DNA of 64,000 nucleotides from a bacterium (GTDB lineage Bacteria; Margulisbacteria; Marinamargulisbacteria; GCA-2716485; JAYNIM01): positions 136,002 to 200,001 of the forward strand of contig JAYNIM010000002.1 in assembly GCA_038109055.1 (NCBI GenBank), in the 5' to 3' direction. Every line of letters starts with the position of its first letter. Position 1 is the first letter of the stretch. The notes beneath the pieces were generated by a model. That model made no database searches and was not told the origin of the DNA. It saw nothing but the letters and a program-made list of their open reading frames with translations. The position numbers and the translations under genes are program-made. Positions 39,986-49,741 of this stretch are shown piece after piece.

Positions 39986-40480
39986 ATGATCGAAATGTAT
40001 CTTGGGGGATTAGGATTTGATCCTAAAAACATGTCTCCCATCGTTTTATTAAAAGATACCGAAGAAAGAAATTTTTTACCTATATGGATTGGCATGTTCG
40101 AAGCGGCATCCATTGCAATGGAATTGCAAGAATTTTCTCCTCCACGCCCCATGACTCACGACCTATTGATAAAAGTCATTCAGGAGCTTAATAGCACTGT
40201 TACAAAAATAGTTATAAACGAAATCATAGACAACACATTCTACGCGATATTAGAATTAAAAATAAAAAATAGCAAAAAACAAATTAAAATAGACTCTCGC
40301 CCCTCTGATGCGATAGCAATTTCTGTACGTTGTAATTGCCCTATATATGTCTCTGAGTCGGTCATGAGTAAAGCTAAAATGGTGAATGCCGAAAAAGACG
40401 AAGAAGAAACAAAGAATTTCAAAAAATTCATTGATAACATCAAACCTGAAGATTTTTCAAAATACTTCGATAAAAGATAG
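39986..40480 (+). CDS. Bifunctional nuclease family (DUF151)
   Basis: LPIWIG..EA, RPMTHDL, DSRPSDAIA. Confidence 0.93.
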   Translation: MIEMYLGGLGFDPKNMSPIVLLKDTEERNFLPIWIGMFEAASIAMELQEFSPPRPMTHDLLIKVIQELNSTVTKIVINEIIDNTFYAILELKIKNSKKQIKIDSRPSDAIAISVRCNCPIYVSESVMSKAKMVNAEKDEEETKNFKKFIDNIKPEDFSKYFDKR

Positions 40481-40952
40481 CTAACACTGGTCATAAAAAA
40501 GCTTTTCTCATATACATCGGAAACTATCAACAGCACCTTATCTTTTAGAAAAGTAAGATCAACAAAGGTAATATATACGTGCTAATATAATGAACGTGTT
40601 CGCATAAACTCAAAAGACACGATATTCTTAGAAAAATCTCAAACTAAATTTCACATAAAAGTCCTCAATGCGATACCACTATCGTCAATCTTAATCTCTT
40701 TTGTAATCTTCTCATTAGTACACTGAATAGTTTGATTACCCGTAATCATTCAGGACAAGCTATACGGCTCTCCAAAAAAATAAACATTAAAAACAGATAA
40801 AGGCTATCTATAACCAACCCGTAAAACTCCAGAATAACCATCACATGTGGAATCATTTGAATTTGAAACAAAGAAAATCCACTTCCCTCTTTCTAAACAC
40901 GAATTCATTACAGATTCATAAAAAAGAGACTCTTAGAGGCATTATCCAACAT

Positions 40953-41351
40953 TCAGCCCACAACAGAGCTCTTTACTTCCACCATATCCTTCACTGATTC
41001 ATTATCATCCGTTTTAATCACTGACCGACGATTCAACAACTGGAAATTATCCGCTTTAACTTCTGTAACCCAGCGTCTTCCCTGATCCCTACTGTCATAA
41101 GACCGAACCTGCAAACTCCCCCAAATTAATACCAACGATCCTTTAGACAATAACAAAGCCGCATTTTCAGCCTGTCTACCAAAAAGAACCACTGGAACAA
41201 AATCCACCTCTTTTTCTCCCGAATCCTTTTTATAAGGCCTTTGCACAGCCATATAAAACTGCAATTTCAAACAATCATCCTTAATCCATTTAGAATCTGG
41301 ATCCTTTGTTAACCGCCCCAATAACGTACATTGATTATAAGTGTATCCCAA
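40953..41351 (-). CDS. ssb: Single-stranded DNA-binding protein (short, no acidic tip)
   Basis: N...LLGRLTKDP, DFVPVVLFGRQAE, KGSLV...G.LQVRSY. Confidence 0.9.
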   Translation of the reverse strand: MGYTYNQCTLLGRLTKDPDSKWIKDDCLKLQFYMAVQRPYKKDSGEKEVDFVPVVLFGRQAENAALLLSKGSLVLIWGSLQVRSYDSRDQGRRWVTEVKADNFQLLNRRSVIKTDDNESVKDMVEVKSSVVG

Positions 41352-41436
41352 AAAAAACTCCTTACTAAGAATACAGGTAGCATAAAAATAAAAATAAAAT
41401 TTGTCAAATAATATATTTATAAATATTTATTCAAAA

Positions 41437-43137
41437 TTACTCAAAGCATAATAACGCCAAACCTTTTTCTGATTGAGCCACGTAAAGTACCGACTTTTTA
41501 TACAAAAAAAAGGACTTTGGCAGCATAAAAAAAACATCTTCTTCAGAAAACGACTCTCTATCGACAGACGCCGTAAACACATCGCCTGTTAAAAGATCAA
41601 AAACAGACATGGTATATGGCAATTGATTGGGCATATATCCAAATTTAGAACTCAACAAAGCTCGTTGTTCCACACCAGAAAAATCACTGGCCTTTTGCCA
41701 CAAAACACGTCCTGACAGTAAATCAATATATGACAAAACATCAGACTGTTGATCTAAAACCGTATAAGAATACGGCAATAAGAGACCATCTAACGACAAT
41801 GCTGGCTGCAAAGGAAACTGCAATGGAACCGTCTCCTTCTGAAAAGTCCAACGAGGAATACCTGTTTCTAAAGAAAAAGCCTGCACAATTGATTGCGAAA
41901 TATCCTCCTCCATAGGAAGACTATTCAAGACAACAAATAGATCTCCCGCAATCATAGGCGCATAAAGCACTGGGCCTTGAAATCGTTTACGCCAACGTAG
42001 TTCGCGACGATCCGTATCAACAAGACAAAGTGTATCTTGACCAGACGAAACAAGCAGAACTTGATTACGAGAAACAACCGGAGGATATGTATGCAAAAAT
42101 TTCTCCGAAGACAGATCATACATTATGTGTCCCGTATCAAATCTAAATTGCTTAAAAACACCACCATCAACCAAAAACAATGCCCCAGCATCGTAAACCA
42201 AAGGGGACACAGGGCCTGTTAATGTTTTTTCGTATAAAATATTCCCTTCCTTCGCCAAAAGCGCGACTAGTTTGTACGGATTCTGTTGCACCAGAAACAA
42301 AATACCCTGTGAATATAACAACGAATTTGCTTGAACAGACTGAAGGTCATACGACCATAACAACACCCCGTCAAGCATAGAGTAAGCATATACCTTATCT
42401 TGAAAAACAAAAAACAAATAATCATCCCCAATAACAGGAGAAAAAGTCTCCAGATAATTTTCCGATACAGGCAAAAATGTCGACCACTGCTGAACTAGCA
42501 AGTGATTGACCTGGGGTTCAACCCGAACAAAGGCTTGATTCTGTGCATTTTGTCCATACATTGGCCAATCTGTATACAAAGTCGCAGTATCTTTTTTAAA
42601 AACGCGCCTCACCTTTCCAACCCAAAATGTATCTAAGATTTTTTGCAAATCAACCTGAACAGTAGAAAATTTATTCTTTGGTGTTTCCAACGACACAACA
42701 TAGGAATTATTATCGTGAGAGAAGTAAAATTCAGCCACTATAAATTCAATAAAATCTACATCAGATTGCAAAAGATGTTTACTATACAAGGCCCGATAGG
42801 CATCATAAACATTCGCCTGTTCTAATTCAGAATCTGTGGCAGGCCGCTCAAATAAATTAACCCAGCCATCATAATGAGAGCCCATACGTTTTTGCTGTAA
42901 TCCATTCGCCGTTACAGGCTCTGTAAAAAAAAACGCCGTAATATTGATGGTAGCAATACCTTCCGGGTGAATAAAAGAAATAGATTTATCATTAACCGTT
43001 TCTACAAACTGCCAATCTTCTAATAGATCAACATGAAAATGATATCGCTGACTATCATATGTGTCAGCAAACAAAGAACAAGAAAATACAATAAAAAAGC
43101 CTAAAAAAAGAAGGGACATTCTGCCAAAAACAAACAT
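41437..43137 (-). CDS. Exported protein: PsbP-like N-domain plus PQQ-like beta-propeller
   Basis: Signal peptide; WPMYGQNAQN then repeated A....G...W blades. Confidence 0.7.
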   Translation of the reverse strand: MFVFGRMSLLFLGFFIVFSCSLFADTYDSQRYHFHVDLLEDWQFVETVNDKSISFIHPEGIATINITAFFFTEPVTANGLQQKRMGSHYDGWVNLFERPATDSELEQANVYDAYRALYSKHLLQSDVDFIEFIVAEFYFSHDNNSYVVSLETPKNKFSTVQVDLQKILDTFWVGKVRRVFKKDTATLYTDWPMYGQNAQNQAFVRVEPQVNHLLVQQWSTFLPVSENYLETFSPVIGDDYLFFVFQDKVYAYSMLDGVLLWSYDLQSVQANSLLYSQGILFLVQQNPYKLVALLAKEGNILYEKTLTGPVSPLVYDAGALFLVDGGVFKQFRFDTGHIMYDLSSEKFLHTYPPVVSRNQVLLVSSGQDTLCLVDTDRRELRWRKRFQGPVLYAPMIAGDLFVVLNSLPMEEDISQSIVQAFSLETGIPRWTFQKETVPLQFPLQPALSLDGLLLPYSYTVLDQQSDVLSYIDLLSGRVLWQKASDFSGVEQRALLSSKFGYMPNQLPYTMSVFDLLTGDVFTASVDRESFSEEDVFFMLPKSFFLYKKSVLYVAQSEKGLALLCFE

Positions 43138-43183
43138 ACTCTAAAAATAACAAACTCTACTCAAAAACAAAAGAAAACCAATA

Positions 43184-43903
43184 CTATGATTTAGGAATAT
43201 CCAAGGTAAATTTTGTTTTTAAATCAACAGAAACATCTCCCTGAACCAACACAAAATCTAATACACGCCCCGCAACCTGCCGATCATCACTGATAAAATA
43301 AAACACATAAGTATCCTCAAAAAAAAAGTTAGACATAAAAGAAGGTAAAACAAAACCAAAAAGACATCCAGAAATGTCATCATAATGCTGAAACAATTGT
43401 TGTTCAGATACAGAAAAAAATGAACTACCTCCTAGACCAGACACATACGCCAAATCTAAGGACATAAAATCTCCCGTTAATTGCACGGCATACATACGTT
43501 CCAAGCCCAAATTATCTAATAAATATAATTCAAAATCACTATAGGTAAATCGTTCATCAATATGCTGAGTCGCATCAGAATGAAATCGTACAGCATAAGC
43601 AAAAGACACCTGACTTAGTAAAGGAGCTTCTGTCACAAGTCCATTCGAATCCAACAAATAAAATAGCCCATTCACCCCCAAAAGCTGCTGCTTTCTGTCT
43701 TCAGTCATTCCCAAAATCATTGAACCCTTCCGTTTAACTTTCAAAAGCGAAATAGAGGATGTCCGAACCTCATTATCTTGAGAAATAACCCCATATTGAT
43801 AAAAAACACGTTGACTCAAATCACTTCCATACAACAACAACGCAGCAATAGGAAAAAAAAGTAACACAACCAGGGTATTTCGTTGAGAAAACGTAATCTT
43901 CAT
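43184..43903 (-). CDS. Acetolactate-decarboxylase-like protein lacking Zn ligands
   Basis: GCLFGFVLPSFM...YVFYFISDDRQVAGRVLDF matches the AlsD/BudA C-terminal motif. Confidence 0.65.
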   Translation of the reverse strand: MKITFSQRNTLVVLLFFPIAALLLYGSDLSQRVFYQYGVISQDNEVRTSSISLLKVKRKGSMILGMTEDRKQQLLGVNGLFYLLDSNGLVTEAPLLSQVSFAYAVRFHSDATQHIDERFTYSDFELYLLDNLGLERMYAVQLTGDFMSLDLAYVSGLGGSSFFSVSEQQLFQHYDDISGCLFGFVLPSFMSNFFFEDTYVFYFISDDRQVAGRVLDFVLVQGDVSVDLKTKFTLDIPKS

Positions 43904-43985
43904 AAATCCATAGTAAGAAAATTTAATTGGTCATGCAAAAAAATCTAGACAAACCACCCAGGATACGAGTAGCATAACCTATAGA

Positions 43986-44114
43986 ATGAACGAAACAACA
44001 CTAAGAATTATGTTAGCATTACCTTTACTAATATTAGTTCCCTTGACCATAAGCATCATAAAACAATATTTTAAAAAATTTATTAAAGCAGATATAAAAA
44101 GACTTCATACGTAA
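43986..44114 (+). CDS. 42-aa single-TM small protein
   Basis: MNETTLRIMLALPLLILVPLTISIIKQYFKKFIKADIKRLHT*; below the ORF-track cutoff. Confidence 0.5.
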   Translation: MNETTLRIMLALPLLILVPLTISIIKQYFKKFIKADIKRLHT

Positions 44115-44164
44115 CCTAAACTTACCGTGTATACAAACAAAATATTATCCCAACTAAAAAAACC

Positions 44165-45391
44165 ATGACAAACGAAATACGTGTTCAAAAATATGGTGGA
44201 ACATCCGTAGGATCAGCAGAAAAAATTAAAAAAATTGCCACTAAAATAAAAAAACTAAAAGACAATGATCCAAACGAAAAAATTGTCATTATTGTTTCCG
44301 CCATGGGTAAAACCACAGATGATTTAGTTAAATTAGCCTACATATGCGCAAAAACACCCAACCCTAGAGAATATGACGCATTAATATCAACAGGCGAAAA
44401 CATTTCAGCATCATTGTTAGCCATGTGCCTAATAGAAATAGGCATCGACGCAATATCCCTTTCTGGTGCACAAGCTGGAATTCTTACCGAAAAAAGTCAT
44501 TCAAAAGCAAAAGTAATCAAGGTCAATCCGAAACGCATACATCAGGCACTCGATCAAAACAAAGTAGTCATTATCACCGGGTTTCAAGGAATCAACGAAC
44601 ACGAAGATATCACCACTATCGGCCGAGGAGGTTCCGACACATCTGCGGTTATTATCGCCTCTAGCTTAAATTCCTCTTTATGTGAAATTTACACCGACGT
44701 AGAAGGTGTCTATACCACAGATCCTAGAATCGTAAAAAACGCAAAAAAACTAAGCGAAATTTCATACGAGGAAATGTTAGATTTAGCCCACTTAGGTGCA
44801 AAAGTTCTTCATCCTCGTGCTGTTGAATGTGCGAAAACAAATAATATTAAATTACACGTAAGATCGTCCTTCTCAGATAAAGAAGGAACCATAGTCAAGG
44901 AGGCAAGTAGCATGGAATTAAATAAAACAGTCACCGGAATCGCCGTCAATAAAACAGAAGCCATTGTTTCTATCATTGGCGTAGAAAATAAAGCGGGAGT
45001 TGCAGGCGAAATATTCGAATTACTAGCAAATAAAAATATCAATGTTGATATGATTATACAAAGCGTAAAATATGGAAACCTCAATTCTATCTCTTTTTCT
45101 ATAGAGGAAGACGATTTACAAAAGACCCTTAAAGCCGCCAATACTCTTATAACTAAACTACATGCAAAAGAGATCAAAACAGATCAAAATATTGCCAAAA
45201 TATCCATTGTAGGTGTCGGCATGACATCAAAACCTGGCGTAGCTGCACAAATGTTTAAAGCACTTGGAAAACACGCAATCAATATCAAACATATTACCAC
45301 CTCAGAAATAAAAATTTCCTGTGTAATAAACAGAGATCAAGCCGATGAAGCTCAAAAAATCCTTCATGAAACATTCAACTTACACAAATAA
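44165..45391 (+). CDS. lysC: Aspartate kinase
   Basis: QKYGGTSVG, VSAMG, GRGGSDTSA, DPRIV, two ACT domains, TSEIKIS. Confidence 0.98.
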   Translation: MTNEIRVQKYGGTSVGSAEKIKKIATKIKKLKDNDPNEKIVIIVSAMGKTTDDLVKLAYICAKTPNPREYDALISTGENISASLLAMCLIEIGIDAISLSGAQAGILTEKSHSKAKVIKVNPKRIHQALDQNKVVIITGFQGINEHEDITTIGRGGSDTSAVIIASSLNSSLCEIYTDVEGVYTTDPRIVKNAKKLSEISYEEMLDLAHLGAKVLHPRAVECAKTNNIKLHVRSSFSDKEGTIVKEASSMELNKTVTGIAVNKTEAIVSIIGVENKAGVAGEIFELLANKNINVDMIIQSVKYGNLNSISFSIEEDDLQKTLKAANTLITKLHAKEIKTDQNIAKISIVGVGMTSKPGVAAQMFKALGKHAINIKHITTSEIKISCVINRDQADEAQKILHETFNLHK

Positions 45392-45996
45392 TGATCAATA
45401 TAAGTATTATTTGCCTAATAATAATTGCGGCAATCCCCATAAAACAAAGCCTTTATTGGCTATATAAAAATAGTATTGCAGTACACAATCAATTAGAAAA
45501 AAAAAAGATAAGAAGCCATTGCTCATTAATACCCTTTTTAGAATGTACAATTATTTCGTTAAAATTCATTAAAGGCTTCTATATTCCCTTCACAATTAAA
45601 AGTTTTAACCTAAATAATGAACTTATAATCGCAGCGATAATAATAACAATGTTAACTGAGCTTTGGTCTCCTTTTACCTTATTCAAAAAAACAACCCAAT
45701 GGCAATTCACATTATGGGGAATATTAACGTTTATATCTCCCCTATTATTCCTGATATATCCATTAAGCTTTATTATTTTTTCACTACTCATAAATTCCTT
45801 TCATATTGGGCAATTATTAAGTATAACCACAATAATAGGCATCTTATGGATATTAAACCTAAACCCCTACTACCTACTGGCCAGTACCTGTCTATTTATT
45901 TTAATTTTACTCTTCCTAACTCCTCACTTCCAGCAAGGTCTAACAAATAAACGATTAGACATAAAAACGTCTTTCATCAGAAGAAATAAGCCATAA
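45391..45996 (+). CDS. Membrane protein, degenerate PlsY-like
   Basis: Size and TM pattern; KFIKGF and LWSPFTLFK resemble PlsY DxLKG and GHxxPxFxxFK. Confidence 0.45.
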   Translation: MINISIICLIIIAAIPIKQSLYWLYKNSIAVHNQLEKKKIRSHCSLIPFLECTIISLKFIKGFYIPFTIKSFNLNNELIIAAIIITMLTELWSPFTLFKKTTQWQFTLWGILTFISPLLFLIYPLSFIIFSLLINSFHIGQLLSITTIIGILWILNLNPYYLLASTCLFILILLFLTPHFQQGLTNKRLDIKTSFIRRNKP

Positions 45997-46001
45997 AAAT
46001 A

Positions 46002-46883
46002 TTACTTCACCAGCCTCATATTTTTCACCCAAAACAACGGATTTACCCGAATATTTTGAACGCCCATCCCCCAATGTAAATGTGCTGCGCTAACAACGCC
46101 GCTCTTTCCCAACGCACCAATATAATCTCCCCCACGAACAAACTCTCCCTCTTCAACATAACGATCCAAAAGATGATTATAAATACTCACAATACCCAAT
46201 CCATGATCGATCATCACTGTTGAACCATGATAGACAAAATCACGACTCAAGATCACTTTTCCATCATTAGCAGCTTCAACATCCGTCCCAATAACAGCCA
46301 CTAGGTCTACACCTGCATGCGAAGATGTTCCACCTCCTGAATATTCTCGATTTGCAGCAAATTTAGATGAAATACGCCCTTCGATAGGCAAATCAAATGC
46401 CTTACGCCGAAAGTAAGCATGTTCTGTATATGTAGAAAACGCAGCTAAAATAAGTTTATTTTCTTCTGCTAACACCCTTTTTTTTCGTCTCAGTTTTTGT
46501 GTTTTCTTCGATAATCGCACCTTTCCTTTAGGGCGATAATCATGATCAACCTTAATCATATAACGTCGACGAAAAGAAGGTTTATTATCGAAATTTAATA
46601 AAATATCCATCGCATAAGAACCTGAAAAACTTTTACGAGATAGCGCTAAATAAGCAACATAGTGATAACGTCTACCTTTAAATTTGGATCGTAAAGACAG
46701 CGGAAAATATCGATGCCCAAAATACAATTTATACGCAGAAAGTTTTTTATCAGAATAAACATCAACTCTCAAGGTATCTCCCAAAGCTAAGACCTTAGTA
46801 GACAATAAAACTTGCACATCACTAGCAAAGTGAGAAAACGCACAAAAAGGCAATAAAAAAAATAAAAGTCGAATAATTAACAT
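46002..46883 (-). CDS. M23 family metallopeptidase
   Basis: HAGVD, IDHG.G..SIYNHL, HLHW. Confidence 0.92.
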   Translation of the reverse strand: MLIIRLLFFLLPFCAFSHFASDVQVLLSTKVLALGDTLRVDVYSDKKLSAYKLYFGHRYFPLSLRSKFKGRRYHYVAYLALSRKSFSGSYAMDILLNFDNKPSFRRRYMIKVDHDYRPKGKVRLSKKTQKLRRKKRVLAEENKLILAAFSTYTEHAYFRRKAFDLPIEGRISSKFAANREYSGGGTSSHAGVDLVAVIGTDVEAANDGKVILSRDFVYHGSTVMIDHGLGIVSIYNHLLDRYVEEGEFVRGGDYIGALGKSGVVSAAHLHWGMGVQNIRVNPLFWVKNMRLVK

Positions 46884-47749
46884 GTCCCCACAAGTCTATC
46901 TGATAATGGCAAAACAAAACAATAACGTTTCTTAAATATTGGATGAATAAACGACAGAGAATAAGCCTGTAATAATTGACCAGAACCTGAATATTTAGAG
47001 TAAAAAGGATCTCCTATAATAGCATGCCCAATTGCAGACAAATGTACACGTAATTGATGGGTTCTCCCTGTCTTAGGCTGTAAATCCAACAAGGTTTTCG
47101 TATTAAAACGCGACAATACAGAAACGGTTGTTTCTGCCGGTCTACCATGGCGAGAAACACAACGCAGATGACCATGTTTAGGATGCCGGGCAATAGCGTA
47201 ATTCAAAACCCTATGATCCTGCAATACATTGCCGTATACCATCGCATAATATGATTTTAAAACAGTTCGAGATTTAAATTGATCCGCCAAATGAGTCTGT
47301 ACAGAATCTGTTTTTGTAACAACCATCAGTCCCTCGGTATCAGCATCCAAGCGATGAACAATACCCGGCCGTTCTGAAGAAATTCCTTTAGACAACGAAC
47401 AACCATAAGCCAACAATAAATCCACCAACGTAGGTCTACTCCGATCGCGTGCAGCATGCACCAGCAATCCAGCTGGTTTATTCACGATCAACAACGCTTC
47501 ATCTTCATACAACAAAGATAATGCTGGAACATCATCCCTAACATCGTCATCTTTCTTTACAAGAAGATCAGGTTCTAAAAATTCCAAAAAATCTCCCTTT
47601 TTTAAATAAAAAGAAGCATTAATTTTAGTACCTTGAAACAATACACACCCCTTTTTAAAATAAGACTGAGCTAAAGACCTGGAAATAGTCAAGCACCGGG
47701 CTAAAAATATATCGGCTCGTAATCGGCCCTTATCAACTAAAAAACGCAT
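46877..47749 (-). CDS. rluD: RluA/RluD family pseudouridine synthase
   Basis: S4-like N-terminus, NKPAGLLVH, HRLDADTEG, TGRTHQLRVH; ATG at 47749 preferred. Confidence 0.92.
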   Translation of the reverse strand: MRFLVDKGRLRADIFLARCLTISRSLAQSYFKKGCVLFQGTKINASFYLKKGDFLEFLEPDLLVKKDDDVRDDVPALSLLYEDEALLIVNKPAGLLVHAARDRSRPTLVDLLLAYGCSLSKGISSERPGIVHRLDADTEGLMVVTKTDSVQTHLADQFKSRTVLKSYYAMVYGNVLQDHRVLNYAIARHPKHGHLRCVSRHGRPAETTVSVLSRFNTKTLLDLQPKTGRTHQLRVHLSAIGHAIIGDPFYSKYSGSGQLLQAYSLSFIHPIFKKRYCFVLPLSDRLVGTC

Positions 47750-48185
47750 CTTTTCTAAAAAAACCAATAAGTAAAAAAACAGCCGCAATAGTAAGATACA
47801 TATCCGCAAAATTAAACACTGGAAACCTTCCAAAACTCAAAAAATCAATCACATACCCTCGAAAAAAACGATCCAAACCATTTCCCAAAACACCCGCAAG
47901 CAACCAAGGCAAAGCAAAACGTGTCCAATAAGACTCATAAAATCGTTTCCAAAACCAAATCAATCCTAATAAAACAAGCGCATGAACACTCAACAAAAAT
48001 ACCCGATAATGTTGAAGAACTCCCCAAGCCATCCCATAATTAAAAACTAATTTTAATGAAAAAAAGCCTGGAATAACATAAAAGTCCACCACAAAGGGTA
48101 AGTAAGTAAAAGCCCAAATCTTTGTGATTTGATCTAAAAAAAGCAAACTACCCGAAAACAAAATAACCCCCAAATACGCCATCAA
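47733..48185 (-). CDS. lspA: Lipoprotein signal peptidase
   Basis: DQITK, NYGMAWG, GNGLDR, VIDF, FNFAD. Confidence 0.96.
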   Translation of the reverse strand: MMAYLGVILFSGSLLFLDQITKIWAFTYLPFVVDFYVIPGFFSLKLVFNYGMAWGVLQHYRVFLLSVHALVLLGLIWFWKRFYESYWTRFALPWLLAGVLGNGLDRFFRGYVIDFLSFGRFPVFNFADMYLTIAAVFLLIGFFRKDAFFS

Positions 48186-48186
48186 C

Positions 48187-48546
48187 TTAAAGTAAAAATT
48201 TCTCCAGAATCTGCGGAAAAAAATACGTCATCACCATAAATAAAATAATGACCACCCCTAAAGCAAAACCCAAGCCACGCAAAAAGCCCATAAAAAAGTT
48301 CAATACAAACAATCGTAATGGCCGGGCACTCAAAAGTAACAATTCATCAAAATTAGAGGTATGAAAAATAGACGTTAAAATACGAACACTTTGATTCAAT
48401 TCTTCCAATAACAACGATTGTTTAGCATCCAATTTCACATCCGAAGAATGTTTCTGAGCAACCTCTGATGAAATATCCGGATGAATCACATGCTTTTTAC
48501 TGGATAAACCATCAATCGCCCGTTGTAAAGTATCAGAATGTGTCAT
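48187..48546 (-). CDS. DUF5665-like membrane protein
   Basis: NFFMGFLRGLGFALG motif. Confidence 0.7.
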   Translation of the reverse strand: MTHSDTLQRAIDGLSSKKHVIHPDISSEVAQKHSSDVKLDAKQSLLLEELNQSVRILTSIFHTSNFDELLLLSARPLRLFVLNFFMGFLRGLGFALGVVIILFMVMTYFFPQILEKFLL

Positions 48547-49736
48547 TGATCCATCAACCCCACTACACCGGGCAAAGTACGTCCTTCTAAGGCCTCTAAA
48601 AAAGCCCCCCCACCCGTAGAAATATGATCAATTGAAGACTGTAAACCTAGCTGACACACTGCTGCCACAGAATCTCCTCCACCTACTACAGTATAAGCAG
48701 AACTAGCCGCAACAGCCCGAGCAACACCTGCTGTTCCCTTAGAAAAAGTAGGCACCTCAAAAACACCTAAAGGTCCATTCCATAAAATAAGGTTAACAGA
48801 GGCACAAAGATCCTCATAACATGCCAACGTCTTAGGGCCAATATCAAGTCCACAAAAGCCATCTGGAATTTCCTCAGAATCCGTCACTTGAACATTAATT
48901 TCATCGGAAGGCGACGTCGAGACAATATGATCTAAAGGCAAATACAAAGAAACACCTTGTGTTTTACACTCGGCAATGACTCTTTCAGCTTCACTAAGCA
49001 ATGAATCTTCAACCAAAGAGTTCCCAACAGAAAAACCCTTTGCTTTCAAAAAAGTATAGGCCATAGCCCCTCCAATAATCAATGTATCTACATGTGAAAG
49101 TAAATGTTGCAAAATACCCAACTTTGAAGAAACTTTAGCCCCCGCAACAATGGCTAATACAGGCGAAACATCAGCTGAAAATAACTGCTGTAACACCGCT
49201 AACTCTTTTTCGACTAACAACCCTGCGTAGGATGGCAAAAACTTTGTCACCCCAAATGTCGAGGCATGCTCTCTATGTACAGTTCCAAAGGCATCCTGAA
49301 CAAAAAGATCACAACCCAATGATAAATCTTTAGCAAACTCTAAAACATTAGCTTCTTCATCCAAACAAAATCGCAAATTTTCTAACATCAAGATTTGACC
49401 TTCTCTCAAATTTGCAACAGCCGCCTTAACACGCTCACCTCGACACGCATCCAAAAAAGGAACATCATGCCCCAACAAAGTAGCCAAATGTTTTGCTACA
49501 GGTGCTAAGCTCAATTCAGATATTTCCTTACCTCCAGGACGCCCCAAATGAGATGTTAAAACAACCGCGGCCCCACGATCAATCAAAAACCGAATACTGT
49601 CCAAAACTGATCGAACACGTGTATCATCGGTAATATTCCCATCCCGCATAGGAACATTAAAATCAACACGCATCAATACCTTTTTAGACTGTAAGGTATC
49701 TCGATTTAGTTGACTTAAGCAACATTTCGACAACAT
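48543..49736 (-). CDS. pgk: Phosphoglycerate kinase
   Basis: RVDFNVP, SHLGRP, LENLRF, WNGPLGVFE, HISTGGGA. Confidence 0.99.
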   Translation of the reverse strand: MLSKCCLSQLNRDTLQSKKVLMRVDFNVPMRDGNITDDTRVRSVLDSIRFLIDRGAAVVLTSHLGRPGGKEISELSLAPVAKHLATLLGHDVPFLDACRGERVKAAVANLREGQILMLENLRFCLDEEANVLEFAKDLSLGCDLFVQDAFGTVHREHASTFGVTKFLPSYAGLLVEKELAVLQQLFSADVSPVLAIVAGAKVSSKLGILQHLLSHVDTLIIGGAMAYTFLKAKGFSVGNSLVEDSLLSEAERVIAECKTQGVSLYLPLDHIVSTSPSDEINVQVTDSEEIPDGFCGLDIGPKTLACYEDLCASVNLILWNGPLGVFEVPTFSKGTAGVARAVAASSAYTVVGGGDSVAAVCQLGLQSSIDHISTGGGAFLEALEGRTLPGVVGLMDQ

Positions 49737-49741
49737 ATCTG

